Numbered from the stretch's first letter, positions 39,412 to 53,515 are shown. The stretch is DNA of 64,000 nucleotides from Selaginella moellendorffii (GCF_000143415.4 NW_003314272.1:902184-966183), one strand, 5' to 3'. Notes: generated by a model from the letters alone, not told the origin. Translations and numbers: made by a program.

Positions 39412-39959
39412 GAAAAAATTTGGGAAGAAACTGACAAAAAAGAACAAAGATATTCTTCTGTATTATAAGCTTTAATTAGTTGTGTCCTTGCAAAGGACAA
39501 GTTAAATATTTTAACAAAATATACAACCATTTAGAATCTAGAAATATATGAAAATGTTAAACAGCCACCCATATTAATTGTATAATTGATTGTGAGAGGA
39601 ATAATACTATTAAAATGAATGGGGTTATGAGCAAGAGGTGTTGATTAATCACGAGAGTTGTAACATTAATTGTTTATTCTCCCTCTTATCTCCATGCTCT
39701 TTTCACTTCAAAAGAGTTTCATTCTTTTGTGATAAGTGAGAGAGACTCAAGCTCGAAAAGTACATGGTTTTTTCAAGAGGAGAAGCTACTGGTGGTAGTG
39801 CCATACATGGTGGGGCGGAACTTGGTGGTGGAAATGAGGCACTTAGTGCTATAGGTGGTGGGGCAGATCTTGTTGGTGGAAATGGCAGACATGCTATTGC
39901 TCTTGAAGGTCACAGAAATGAGGTGGTAACTATGCTAGAGGCCGACAAGATCTTGAATG

Positions 39960-42900
39960 AGTGAGTACGCAATACTATTGTCCAAGCTCAAGAATGAACT
40001 ATCAGCAGAGTGTTAAGTGAAATGGCTTGGAAAGGATCCCAACATCTTCAACTTCCACTTTGCTGTCTTAAGTAGAGTCACTAGGTGTCCTCAGCTTATG
40101 ACCTCAACATGGGTATTTATACCTCTTTCATAGAGGCTAGATTTGGGCACACTGTTAGATCATTTATTGTGTTGTCATCATTCCCCGGAACAAATCGCAT
40201 AAACATGATTACTCATGAGATCGAGCAAACTTGGGATCAAATATGGCAAAGGAAATCTCAAGAGTTTGATACTTTGATGGCGTGCCACAAGGAGATACAA
40301 GCCTTTGTAGGCTGGATGTTCTTCATTATTAATGGAAACCACCAGTGGCTAGCATTTAGAGGTGTATCCAAGAGAAGCTCTAAAACGATGACGAGCAACA
40401 TATTTGTGTTCCAGTGACACTTGTGGAGCCACAGGATCGAAACCAAGCAGTGAGGCTCAACTTGGCATGTCACAAGATCAATATGTAAGAATCATTTACT
40501 AATAACCTTTGTACTCACCAACTATATTACAGGTTTAATCAGTTTGCTTTCCAAACACATACCTTGGTCCATGATATCGAGCACCTTCGATATGTTGGCA
40601 TGCTTTCTCTCAAGGAAATCTAGATGCTGTATAGTTGTGAGGTTATGGAAGTAGTTCAAGCAAAGCTTGTAACATGTAAAGGCCAAGAGTTGCTTACTTG
40701 GTATCAAGTGCCTATGGATTTTTTGGTTGCGGTCTGGGCAAAGGTATCCTTTTCTTGCATGAAATTGTGTTTTCTACTCACAAGTTTTCCTTTTTGCCAA
40801 TTGTCAAAGTGGAGCAAAACTCATATTTGAAGATTACACAAATGACGGATGAGGTGCAAAAGAACTTTGAACTGCGACAAATTGAGCAGTGCATTTTGAA
40901 CTCGAAGAAATCAAAGGTGAAGAAGCTACTTGTGATTGAAGACATTCAATGCGATAAAGATTGGCTGGATTGCATTGCAAAGATATGCTCTCGTGGCAGT
41001 AAGTTAGTCCCTTTTATCTTTCTCATTCCACTTTGAAATCCTTGTCCTTGCAGGAAATGGTAAAGCACATGAAGAATTGATCTATAACATCGCAAAAAGC
41101 AAGCTCTCCTTCAACAAACAAACCTCTTGCTTGGAACTCCTCAACACTTGGCATCGTAACAATGATAAAAGGTTGGAGAGCAAACTTGAGAATGTGATGA
41201 AGGAGAAGCTCTATATCACTTAGAGTATTGCAGTTGCTGAGGAGCTACTTCAAGTATGGGATACGAAGTTCCTTACTAGTGCCCGCACTAGCATAACACT
41301 TCCAGAATATGTCCAAGCTTCCCTTCAAGAGCTTGGGGATGGATGGCAGCTCAAGTTCTATGGATCTCAAGAACCAGCTAGGCCAACCATTTTTCTCGTG
41401 CTGCATGGCATATAGGTATATTGCAAGAAATTGACTTGTTTATTTAATCATAGCTCTTTTGTAGGTATTTAAATCATTGCTTAGGTGCTCCAGTGTACAC
41501 AACAAGTGTTTTTCTCAAGCTCTTAACTAGTGGGAAGAAACTTGGCATGTATGAGCCAAAGTTCCATTGTCCCACTGCACGGGAGCAAGAACTTTGTCCA
41601 TGGTACTTGGAGTTGTGAAGGCAAATGCCATCATCACCTTTTGAGCTTGATCTCTACCTGAAGTGTCATCTAGGTTTGATGAGTAAAATTTCTTAGTAGT
41701 AGCTTATGTTTCTACTTTATTGTAGAGGCACTTTTGGAGGGAGTGGAGATGCCTTAGGACAGGGATGAGATTCATATTGAGCAAACTGAAGACGAACAAG
41801 TGGAGAACCCGGCTGAAAACTCTCCTGCCCCATCTCATCTTATAGCAGTTGCTCATTCCCCAGATCCTACTGCCACTGCTCGTCCAGCCCTGACTGTTTG
41901 AAATGTACGAAGGCAACTCCATAGTGGGGATGTCCAAGAGAGTAAGAACTTGATTTCCAATGACCTTGCTTATTATAATTTAGTTGTAGATGTTGGAGAA
42001 ACCAGCCAACACTCTATACATCGACATACAAATGCATTCTTTCCATCCCTCCCCACTGCTACAAAGGATGACCTCCAAGAGTTATCTTCATCAGCTTCAC
42101 ATAAACAGGTATGAAAAAAAACATATATTAACTTTAATATTTCCCAGTTTTGAACACTATTCACATTCACCCTCTTTCTTCTATAGGAAGTGTTGGCAAT
42201 GTGGAAATAGTTATTAGGGACTACTTTCAGCTTTCCAACAACGTGAGCCAAGAGTCTTCTATGTTCCATTGATGGATGTGAGGATTAGGAATGAACAATA
42301 CTTTTGGCATCGACCTTGTGTTCTTCGATTTGCCTAATGGGTTACCACCTTTACAAAGCCACACTCCACCTTAGAACATCTTTTGACCGGACCATATTTC
42401 TCAAGTGGTGAATATGGCATCCAAGGTGTTGCGATATGAGGGCATTATGCTAGTCATTCTTCTCTGTTCTTTATTTTGGGGAGGTCTTCTTGCAACGATG
42501 GCGAAGAATGATGACTCTAGATTGGTTGAGTTTGCATCAGGCTACCTACTCTCAAACATCCCGGCCAAAACAAAAGGAGCAAGTGGCTGAATCAAAAAGG
42601 TTTGTATTTCCTTATTTTGCATATCTTAAATTGGTTGCCTCTTTTCATTGTAGGTTTTAGTATGGAACTACTATACTCTTTGCCACTACTCTTGCCGTCA
42701 TAGTATTACATGAGCTGATGAGCGTGTAGGTTTGGCATTGCCAGGATATGATAGCTCAACAGATATCATCCCGAATGTCATCAACAAGGACCACCATATA
42801 TAGTTCCCTAGCTATCGACCCTATTCACCAAAGGCCATGCAAATCCTCCTAGAGTTGTTTTGTCCTTCTAAGGGGATTGTGCTTGATGCTATAGTAGGTT

Positions 42901-42980
42901 TTGGTTTGATGGTGCTAGCGGCTAAAGAGACTAGGTATGCAGTTTTTGCATTAGAGAAGGAGAGTGTATTTGAGACATTT
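39960..42980 (+). pseudogene. Copy B ParB-like/DNA-methyltransferase-like gene
   Basis: WDQIWQRKSQEFD..MFFIINGNHQW; KKSKVKKLL; IDLVFFDLPNGLP (~42310); LPGYDSSTDIIPN; AMQILLELFCPSKGIVLDAIVGFG. Confidence 0.85.
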
Positions 42981-43499
42981 CATAATAGACGATAATAAAG
43001 TATAAAATTCTCATTATAGTAATTCCATCATGGTTGTGTATATTAGGTGGATTGATGATGTGGGTTATAATTTGCCATGTTATGTAGAAGCAATGGCACA
43101 AGCTTATATACAACAAGAGCCCACACTTAGAGAGCATAATACTATATAAACTCCTCCTTTTGTGGATGTGGATGCCAAGAAGAAAGACTAAGTTTAGTTT
43201 TTTTTTTAGTCAAATTTTTTAGTGGTAATATACTTTGACTTATGATATTCATTTTCTTATTAGACTTATATTATTTAGCTTTTTCTTGGACTGAAAATAT
43301 GTTTTAAGTTTTGAATAAAATTGTTGGTTCATCTCGAACCAATCATTTAAACATCAACTTTTGTATTTGGTGGACTATATTGACTTTCATTAACTGTCAT
43401 TGACTTGAGCTCAGCTCAAAAACTACCCAGCCCTAGTGTTGCTATCTTCTGAAACTTGAATATTAAGGGGTTTTTGTCTCAGAAGCTGTTACCATAATA

Positions 43500-43790
43500 T
43501 GTTAATCCCTATTAGGTACTGAAGCAGATTGGTAATGTATCCTATTAGTTGGATCTTCCTACAGAGATGTCCAATGTTCATAATGTATTTCACGCCAATT
43601 TATTAGCCCCATACACTATAGATGTTGCACATCAAGGGGACATTTGTCTGCCACCAAAAGTTATGGATGGTGAACTTAAATATGAATTTGAAAGGATCTT
43701 ATCATGTCATTGGAAATGTGGTGGTCATACCAAACAATATTTAGTTAAGTGGCATGGTTACCTAACTTGTGAATCAACTTGATGCATTCT
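43500..43790 (+). pseudogene. Gypsy integrase C-terminus plus chromodomain remnant
   Basis: HNVFHANLL; KYEFERIL...QYLVKWHGY..CEST; PPT-like GAAGGGGGGGAAAG at ~44395. Confidence 0.75.
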
Positions 43791-44409
43791 TGTGAGCTTA
43801 TCATAAAGTATGAGAATTGTAATAAAGAGTAGCTTTTGTAAATCTTGTAATAAATCTTGCAAATCAATAAAGTAATATATTTGTATTAAATGTTTCTCTC
43901 ATTCATTAGTTTTGAGTCAGTTTTGGCAAGTTGACTTTAGCTTTTTGGTGCATGGGTTCAATCCATAACTATGGGGATAACTATTATAAATTAATCATAA
44001 AGTCTTGTTAACTCATTTTCAAAAAGGGTGTAGTCGTGTAAACAATATTATGTGCTAGTTCATAATAGTTATTTAAATCTTCCCAATGGGGTTGATTTTT
44101 GTTTAGGGGAGTTGGGCCTCTAACTCTCTCCCTATATCCTTGCTAGCAAAGGTATATTATTTCTTTGTAAGCTAAATGGTACTTAGAGTAACAAGGGTGG
44201 CTAGCTTTGCTAGTCATTTCCTTATCTGTAATGGCCAGAGGGTATTTGAGTATTAATGTCTTTAAATGTAGAAGAGAGGTCATTCCTTACTCATTTAAGT
44301 TAGTGTGTTTCTCATAAAATGTGTTTTCTGTTAACTTTTAAAGTTGTTTCTTTGCTAGACTAGAGTATGCATTAACGAGGACATTGATTTTCTCGAAGGG
44401 GGGGAAAGT

Positions 44410-47400
44410 GTTGTGAATATGATTTCAGGTATCGAAAGATATTTATTAGGCAGTTCTTACAAAAACTCTCTCTTTACTGCCACAATAGTATTGTTAATTC
44501 TCTTTATAGTCTCCACCCAAGCTAATTGAGAAATTGGTTATCATATGTGCATTTGACTAGATGAGCATAAAGATGGAATTCATAATTACTATGAATCAAA
44601 TATACTTGACCTGGTTAAAGAAATTTATTGACTTACACTTGCTAGTGTTAAAAACCCCTATGATATTGAGTTTAGTCCCTCAATATCATTAGGTGATAGT
44701 TTATTGTGTTTGCTAGACACCCTCGCTATCAAGCTCTGTTTATTGGTCTCATTTCGGTTTTATATGCTATTTATGGTAATATCTAGAGTCACTTCAAAAG
44801 GTATATCTATAGAATGTAAAGAGTGTTATGAACCCTATAGTATTGTTTTTTTTGCATCTAATTTGGGTTTAAGCCTAAACTCTATCCTACTTGAGTCAGT
44901 GGGGTACCTTCCTCCTTACGTTAAACTATCGATATGCCAAAATTGTGTTAGACACTGTCTAATACTGTTTTGCATACAAGAGTTAGATATAGGGAATTGG
45001 TGCTTTTAGGAGATATTGAGTGTGTACCAGACCTTCATTTTATAGTGCAATGGGTTTAGAATTTAGTTCTAAATTCAAGTGCACTATAGACATTTACATT
45101 ATTGGAGTTGCGATTCAAACAAGATGCAATGTCATTCCATTTCATTAGTCTTGATATAAATAATGTTGATGATTTGGCCAAAGCTTTGTGTTATTAGCAT
45201 TTATGCATTTGTAGTTAATAACTATATTGGTATTCAAATAAGCTGATCTCACTAAGGTTTTTTAGTAGGGTTAAACTTTGTGTTTTCCCTGAAAAATGAT
45301 TTAATTATGAACTATATTAACTTTGCAAAAGGAAGAATTATTAGTCAATTGGAGAGTTGGGTTTTTGTTGGATTTAAGTTGGGATTATATTGATCATTGA
45401 TAATTCTTTTTGTATATGCTATGAAGTGAGTTATGTCTTCCTATAAACAGTGTATTCATAAAGGATTATTTGGTGATCAATTGTTAAGTATAACTTCATT
45501 ATATTTAGCTTTTAGATTAGGGCAAACATGTTCTTCATAAGCTTTTGTATTATAAAGTTTAACTTATGAATATGTTGAGGAGGATATTGTGGGTTGTACC
45601 ATGATTTCTTCTTTAACATTAAATTTAGTTGATACGAGACTCATGATTATTATTAGATGAGACTTGGCTATAATCTTCTTTGAGTTTTTGATTTTTTAAT
45701 TTCATGCTCATTATACTATTTATTAAAAGTTGTTAAAGAATGTATTTTGGCTCATTAGCTTCAATGCTAAGGTTAGTATCTATTATTGATGACAATTGAT
45801 TGTCATTTAGGATAGGTGATTATCCTTGTTAAAGGTTTTACTTCATTATTGTTAATGTTGAATGATTTACCATTTTTTAGGATGATAGATTATTATTCAA
45901 TGATGATTATACATCTTTCTATTGATATGATGATTAATGATTTTTTTAATGATGGTTAGTTGTTCTCTTTGATAAATTTTGGCTTAACACATTACCATAT
46001 ATTCTTTGTAGTTTACTTTAGATTGATCTCTTGGGTTTGAGTTATCAATAGGATATTGTTGACATTTTCTTGACCAACTTTAGTTCTTTAGTATTAATGA
46101 CTAAGATTTATTCAAATTGGTTTATATGATAGTTGGCATGATTGAGTGTTTATTGGTCCTTGCAACATTTATTTTGTTTTATTTATTGTTGTTATGGTTG
46201 GTTTTGATAAATTTAGACGTTATTTCTTTTGAGTGATACATTCACAAACATTTTACTTACTAGTTGATGATACTTTGTGTTATTTGAGTTGCCTTTTGTA
46301 ATTGTTTAGCATACTATCTATAATTTTTGATAGTTAAATTTTATTATTGAGTTTTTTTGCTATTAAATTTTGTTGGATCATAAATCCTATATATTTTGAC
46401 TATAATGATCTTGGTGGTTCTTATACTTTAATTTTGGTTTATTGGATGATAACTTACTTGGAATACTTTTATGTTTTAATATAAGACTTATCCAAGTCTC
46501 TAAAATATTATTGTCTCTAACTTGGATATTATTTATTTATTGATCTTTTTGTTTGGGCCAATTGGCTTTAGCACTTCATATGATAGTGAAATCTTTAGTC
46601 ATGGGATAGCTACTATCAACTAGTCATATAACCCAACTTTCTCTTGATGTTCCTTATTCTATTAAAAGGGCGTGACCATGTAAACAACTCTAACTACTTA
46701 TTTATAGTAGTCTATTTAAACCTTACCGATAGGTTTGGTTTATTTCCTCATGAGGGTTAGGGCATTTTACTTCTCTCTCTATATCACTTGTAGGCAAAGG
46801 CATATCATCTTTTGTAAGTTAGATGACACCAAGAGCAATAGCAAGAGTCTCCTTATCTGTGACAGCTGCAAGGTGTTTAAGTTGTAGAGACAAAGAGGTT
46901 GCCCCTAACTCATTTAAGTGTGTGGGTATTGAAAGTTACCTATTAACTAATTCTTTCAGATATTCTTTCCTTACTGCCACAATGGCAAAAGGTTGGTATT
47001 GTTGGACCCTTTATCAATCCCTCTTATTCAAGTATTAGTAAAAAAGACTTTGTATCTATACTTAGCCGGACAGGCATAAAAAAGGAATTCCTAAGTGTTT
47101 ATTTAGCCAAGCATATTTGGCCCGACTTGTTAGTTTTTTTTTACTCTGTCTTGCACTGGCTTGATAAGAACCCTCGCCTATTGAGACTAGTCTCTCAATA
47201 TCGTTATATGATAGCTTACCGTGTTTGCCAAACACCCTCGCTATCATGCCCTTTGTGTTAGTCTCATTTCGGTCCCAAATGCTATTTATGGAAAGTGTCT
47301 AAATTTGCTTATTTAGCATATCTATAAAATGTAGAGATTGTCTTGAACACAATGGTGTTCGTTTCGTGTCCAAATTTACAATCTAGGGACATTCCATATT

Positions 47401-48787
47401 TAATAAGTTTCGAGCTTATCCTAGAGACTAACTCCTAGTACTAAGGGTGGCTTAGGGTGAAGGATCAAACACGTAAATCATTTTCTCTTTTTGGAGAAAT
47501 GATTTGCAATGAGGTGTTACCTCATTGCTTGTACTCACATCATGCAATCAAGAGTCCCTACCTTGATGCATGTTGGAAATTATAGTCTTACAAGTAATGA
47601 ATTATAGGATGGATAGCAGTGGAGCGCTAAACCATTTTGTCTAGACTTGCTATTAAAGACTTAGATTATAATGCTCAATTTTTTTTCAAGGAACCTTGCT
47701 ATTGCTCCTTAAATACCTTGGTGTTGGATTAGTTTTGAGTTTGGTCGGATAGAGAGTGGTATGAGCTTATCTGTGTTGTGAATAAAAGTTAGTAGTGTTA
47801 GGTGTTGTAATCTCTATTAATGGAGTGTGGCATTTATGTTGTATTTTATCGAGTCAAGTTGACACTTGATACTCACATAAACCTTTGTAGTAGTGATATA
47901 GGCATTACTTGTGGTGCTACTCAATTGGTGATCAAGTCATTATGATACTTATATCATATCCATATGATAATGAGTAATGTGTTTACGAAGTTTCTTGGTT
48001 ATACAATGATCAACCCCAAAGTGGTTGATGGTGAAGCTAGTCTACTTATACGTAATAACATTGTAGTAGCTTTGACTAAATTCCATATGGTAATTCATTA
48101 TGCTAAGCTTAAGTTAGTTTCTTAGTTCTTTGAATTTGCCCATTGAAGTGTTGGAAAAAGGTTATAGCATTCATTTGCTATAGCTTGTCAATTGATCTGT
48201 TAGCACTTGGAGTAGATTGTTTGATAGAAAAGATGTGTAGTTGAGGTATTGACATCACTAGCATTTGTATTAGTGGAAGTGATATTGTTATGTTAAATGA
48301 TGAGGAACTTTCCTTAAAACTTGATTTTCCATGTCATTTTTTTTGTTAATGTTTTGGCTTCACATTGGATCTTGAAAGTGATTGAAGAAGAGTGTTAATG
48401 CAATATGGATATTCAAAGATATGGTCTTTGTGATCAAACCTTAGATGTTCGTTTTGCATTTTACAAATGTCAGTATTGGATATCAAAAATATAGGCATGA
48501 TGTTTGAGACTTAAACATATTATGAGTTTTGAGAATTTGTATTGAGGTGAACCTATGTGAAGTTGTTAGTAGGAGAAAGTTGGTTAAGTCTCAAAAATTT
48601 GCATTTTTAGATTGAGAGTCATTCTTTCTCTAAGATGGAAAAATTTTTATGAATATTTTTAAACTTTTCCAATAGCTGATTTTTTGATTATTTTGCTTGA
48701 AAATTGTTCTATTTTCATAATGAAAGGGTTGGAGTTAACTTCGGTTGGCTTAGATCTTAGTAGGTAACTTTGCATGATGCAACCTGA
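44410..48787. repeat. AT-rich, heavily decayed repeat family (two related copies); continues at 60901-63930
   Basis: 44706-44770 resembles 47221-47290; 45150-46150 resembles 61940-63400; 46570-46760 resembles 24384-24570 and 63890-63930. Class not determined. Confidence 0.5.
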
Positions 48788-49428
48788 GAGCGTGGACCAT
48801 ACTTGAGCTCACGAGCTGAAGAGTTGAGCTCACGAGTTGAGCTCAATTTTCAATTGTAATTTAGTACAACATTATAAACTTTAAAATTTTAAAGTTATGG
48901 CGAACTTAATAATTTCATAACTCTCTATATATTATATAGATAAAAATGTTCTAAAGGACACTTCTTGTTCTAATAATTTAAATATTTACTACATGCAATA
49001 ATAGAGACGTGTGTTAGAATATAAAATAAAATGTTTGCAAAAAGAGTATTCTTGTCACTTCTTTAAATTTGTACTCTGTGCTTTCTAGCTAGTAAATGTC
49101 AGGTTCATCAGAATTTTTAAATTATTAAATTTGAATTAAGATTCTATATAAGGCCATATAACCATTTGAAAGGAAAAAAAAAATTTTTATGGTACATATG
49201 CTCTCACAATACATTGTAACATCATACACCCGAAAGACTATCACGAAATATTTATTGAGAAGGTAAAGACAAAAATGGAGACTCACAAATACTATGGGTA
49301 GTATTGCGAAAAGAACCTTACAAGTATATGAAATGAAAAGTGAAATAATAAAATATTTTTATTAATTATATAAGGTATAATTAGTTTATATTATTGATAG
49401 AGAATAAACATCGATAGTGCTGGAAAAT

Positions 49429-52400
49429 CTAATTAGCTCCAAAAGTTTTCTGCAACTCAGCAATAGTAAGGCTTGCTTGGTGTATATGAATATCCACTTT
49501 AGGATCCTGGTGCAAGATGTTGATGAAGATGTAGTACATATGCTTGCAAGGAGCATATGCCTTCCCATGTTCCTCGCGCTTCGTAAAGTCTGGACATGTG
49601 CAAGAAGGAAAGTCTTGAATGGCAATTGTGTACTCTCCACCTTCTGTTTTGACTGTGTACTCCTTTGCGAGCACAGTGATGTACTTCGTGGAGAGAATCT
49701 CACACTCAAGTGTTTGAGCCAAGTTTATTTTACCTTGCTTCTGCTTGGAGACGGTACCAATAAATTTAACTGCCTTACCTTTTCGTGCTGGCCTCCTGTG
49801 CATCTCTGTAGGAATAGTCCTGGTTCTGTCACTCATATCTCCAACTCTCCTCTCAAGATTGAAACCAGATTTCTCAAGGTTTTCAATCTCATCCGAGGTG
49901 AGCGCAACCCCATTAGCAACCGGCCATTCTTTAGGTACTGCATCAGGTTTAGTCACTATAGTGTCTTCAAGCCGCTTTGTATGGTTGACATCAGAGTTGC
50001 AGCAATATAACCAACACCATCTTGAAAATCCTGCTTGCTTTCGTTCCCCATGGAAACATGGGGCTGGAACAGAAGCAGACTTATCACCACGGATCCAAGC
50101 CCAACACTTGCCCCTTGGAAGCATCCCCACACACCTTACATTTGATTTTGCTGGCACTCGACGGATTGCCCATTGCTTCAGCTCCACACTACGATAAGCA
50201 ATTTCAACCTGCTGTGATGCACTTTCTTCATCAGCCACTTGAGGTGGTTCGGTTCTAGGGCGATGTCTTGGAGCAGAATGATACTCAACATCAGGCCTGT
50301 GAGAGCTTTTTGCTCCAAGATCCGTGCCAACATCTTCACCAGCAAAAGAAAATCGACGCTTTGAGCGGACGGTCTTCATATCACCAATAGAAGCCCGAGG
50401 AGTGTACTCCATAGATGTGCCGCGGACCACTTCCTCCACTGCAGTTGCCATTGTTCGTGCTGGTGGAGTCACTTTCTTCTTCATCCGATCATGTAACATC
50501 TCAACCGAAGGTCCTGTTCCCATGTATCTTCCTTCCTCAAATGCCAAGGCTTTTGAAGACTGCTCTACAGTGCGTATCAAATCTGATAGACATGCTTCAT
50601 ATAGACTCATCTTCCCTTTCCCTGCCTCAGAGGAACGCCAACTCCAATGTTTACTCTCTGAGAGATTCACAGTTGGGGTGTATGCAAGATCCTCAAGTGG
50701 CTGATCCTTATAAAAAGATGATATTAAAAAGCAATAAAAAGAGAGGAAAAAAAGAAAAACCAACCTGAAAAGAGTGATGTCCCCATTAGAACATTCTAAC
50801 TTCCCACCACCCCAACCACGACTCAAGTTGTGGTAGACAACTTACGTCAGTATGGCCATCTTCACGCCACCACATTCGAATCTCGTTTGCTTTTGCCTCA
50901 TGCTCTTTTTCAGAAGGTGCAGCTTGCCATTGTTTGCACAACTCCTTAAATGCTAATTGGAAATCTGGCTTGATAAGGTGGCAGTGTTGGTTTAGGCTCT
51001 GAGCCCAATGGAACTCACATGTCCTCTCACGACCTTCTAGGGGTAGACCATTCCCAAAGACTGCCCGGACACCATTCCAATTAGCCCCAGCCCCATCTGC
51101 CATGAAACCGCGAAAGTTGGCAGGCTTACCAGTTCGCTTCAATACAATGTCGGAGAGGGACTTCCAAAATATTTCTTGAGCCATCTGGTCTCGTACTTTA
51201 AACTCTGCTGTTGCAATTGTCAAGCTACAACGTAGCCTGTGAAAAGTGCAATGTTTAAAACCATTTTAAGATAATGAGAAAAAAAACTACCTTGGATCAT
51301 ACACATGAGCTCCCATGGTTGTCCAACCTGCCACCCGCTCCATATGGTCAAAATGTACCCATGCATTAGCAAGGTCACTTGACCTAGACATATCCATTCG
51401 GGAAACAAAATCCACACCAGAGGCAGGGCCCATGGAAGACATTTTAAAAACGAAGGGGCACTCTTGCTCACTAACGACTTGATCTGGAAATAAACTCCCA
51501 TGGATAAACTCATAGGGACAAGTCCGTTTTAGTTCAAGGATTGAGTCGATTTTTGATTGGAGTTTCCCCTCTCGAGATTCACACATCCAAGACTTTATCC
51601 TAAATAAAACAAAATGTAAGAGAGATATTATTGAAAAGTATGTAATAATATTTTCATACCTTCTAAGGCTAGTTGCAGGTTGCACATGTCGTAGTAACTC
51701 CCGCAAGCTAGCCTCATCCAGTTGAGTATTCTTGTAGTCCGGATCAAGTAAAGTATTTGCGATAAAATCCTTGAGCACTGTCTTCTGAACATGCTTCGGA
51801 GTTGCAGATGAGTTTCTCACAGTCTCTATCTGCACTGCATCTTTGAAATGGTTGACTGAACTCCTTTGTATCCCTTCCTGCATTGGATGTGTGTGCGTGC
51901 CAATATGTACTGCAGCTCTACCAACCTCTCCATCCCGTGGAAGAAAATAGTACATCTTGGCCCCGCAGATGGCACGACACAATGGAGCATTCTTGCAAAA
52001 CCGACACTTGAATCCAACACCAATGGTGTCACAGAGGGGAGGATTGGTTGCAGATCCTTCAAAAAATATGGAGTTTTTACCACGCTCTTGATTGCATGCT
52101 TTATTCACACAATCCAAATACCCACCACAATGAACCATGGACACTGTGCCTTCGAAATGCTGGAAATGTGTGGTCTTGATCTTGCACCAGTTGTGGACAT
52201 CCTGCTTCGTCTCCATCCCCTTTCGTTTTGAGCTGACAAGAGGTGGTAGTTCAAAGAAGATATTGCCATTGTATGTAGATGGGAGCTCGCTAACGAGCCT
52301 ATGCAGAAAGGAACGCACGTCGATAGAGAGGCGGGAAAACTGGAAAGCGTTGCAAACAGCTTGGAATATCAGTGAAGTTGGAGTTTGGAAATTCTTGGCT

Positions 52401-52753
52401 CGCACTGGACTAACATCTCCACTAGAACTAGAAGAGGAAGAAATGATGACGACCGACTCTTGCTTCACATTCACTTTAGCAGGATCACAGCCTCGCACTT
52501 TGATTGGAGATCCAAAAACTCGAATCTCTTTCGACTTGGAATGTTGCAAATCCCAATGTTGTCCACCTTCACCTACACCCGAAAGAAGAAACTCCGATCG
52601 TTCAACTACACCAATGTTGTTGCGAATCACAGCTTCCAATGAAATAGAACCGAGAGAAAGATCGAAACGTCGGCAAAGAAAACTTTCTGAAATAAGACTC
52701 TGGGAGATAGAAAGCGGTGGGTGATCTTGGTAATGCAAAAGGAAGCCCTCCAT
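49429..52753 (-). CDS. MULE transposase (GCM/WRKY-like Zn domain, DDE, SWIM), 4 exons, one premature TAA
   Basis: Predicted exons 52753-51660, 51599-51291, 51236-50765 and 50706-49429 with GT-AG introns of 54-60 bp. Motifs: WVHFDH, FMADGA, RTCEFHWAQ, TVNLSESKH, SWIM CTCPDF..PCKH. TAA at 50786-50788. Confidence 0.85.
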
Positions 52754-53477
52754 TTTGTTGCCTTTAGGTTTTGGAACTCTGAACTTTTATAATGAAATGT
52801 CACCTCACATGTGCTATGCCATTATGTGAAAAGATAGGGCGATTTTATTCTAGGATCTAACATCGAATAATGTTGTTATAATAAATTCTGTATGAAGTAT
52901 ATAGGACTATGTTGTACAATATTAAAAGTCTATATACATTGAATTCAAAAACATACTCAAATTTATTATATGCACTAACTTTTGGTAGAACGGAAAGAAA
53001 TATCACGTCAAGCATGTGCCATAATATGAAAGATAGGAATGATTTTATTCTAGGATCTACCATCAACCAATTGTTACCAAATAAATTAAATATTGTACAT
53101 ATTTTCAGTACTTCATTAAAGCTAGAAATCATCATATTCTTCTGAACTCATTTAAATATATTCCATCTTTGTACTACCATCTAGCACCTATAGTAAATTA
53201 TCTATATACATTACTTTGGAAATAACACCTTACGATTTAATAATCTTATATTTTCTAACAATTTCGTACTGTGATCAATTCAACACATGCGTCTGTGACA
53301 TTATTTCACATTATGACATAGTCATATTAGAGCACACCTCCATTATTAAATTACAATTCAAAAGGACTTTGTCACATGATCAAATCTAGGGCGGAATAGA
53401 AATTGTACAGTGCTAGATTTATTATTTATTGTACAGTGAAGATTTACTGCATCCATGATGAACGGCTGTGATGAAAG

Positions 53478-53515
53478 TTAGGTTAGGGTTAGGGCAGCTG
53501 CCGGCGTTAGGGTTT
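53478..53515 (+). promoter_or_regulatory. Telo-box-like (TTAGGG/TAGGGTTT) cluster upstream of ATG 53560
   Basis: TTAGGTTAGGGTTAGGG..TTAGGGTTTT, 45-80 bp upstream of the predicted start codon. Confidence 0.4.

Larger units (their letters stand above)
36750..43433. mobile_element. MULE family copy B (degenerate, left end lost)
   Basis: Same divergent two-gene layout as copy A. The right end ATTGACTTGAGCTCAGCTCAA..CAGCCC resembles 60835-60892. Confidence 0.85.

Noticed and set aside
44410-48787. LINE or env-like call for the AT-rich decayed repeat
   Set aside because: Only a vague Cys/His remnant near 48400-48480 (-); too degraded to classify.
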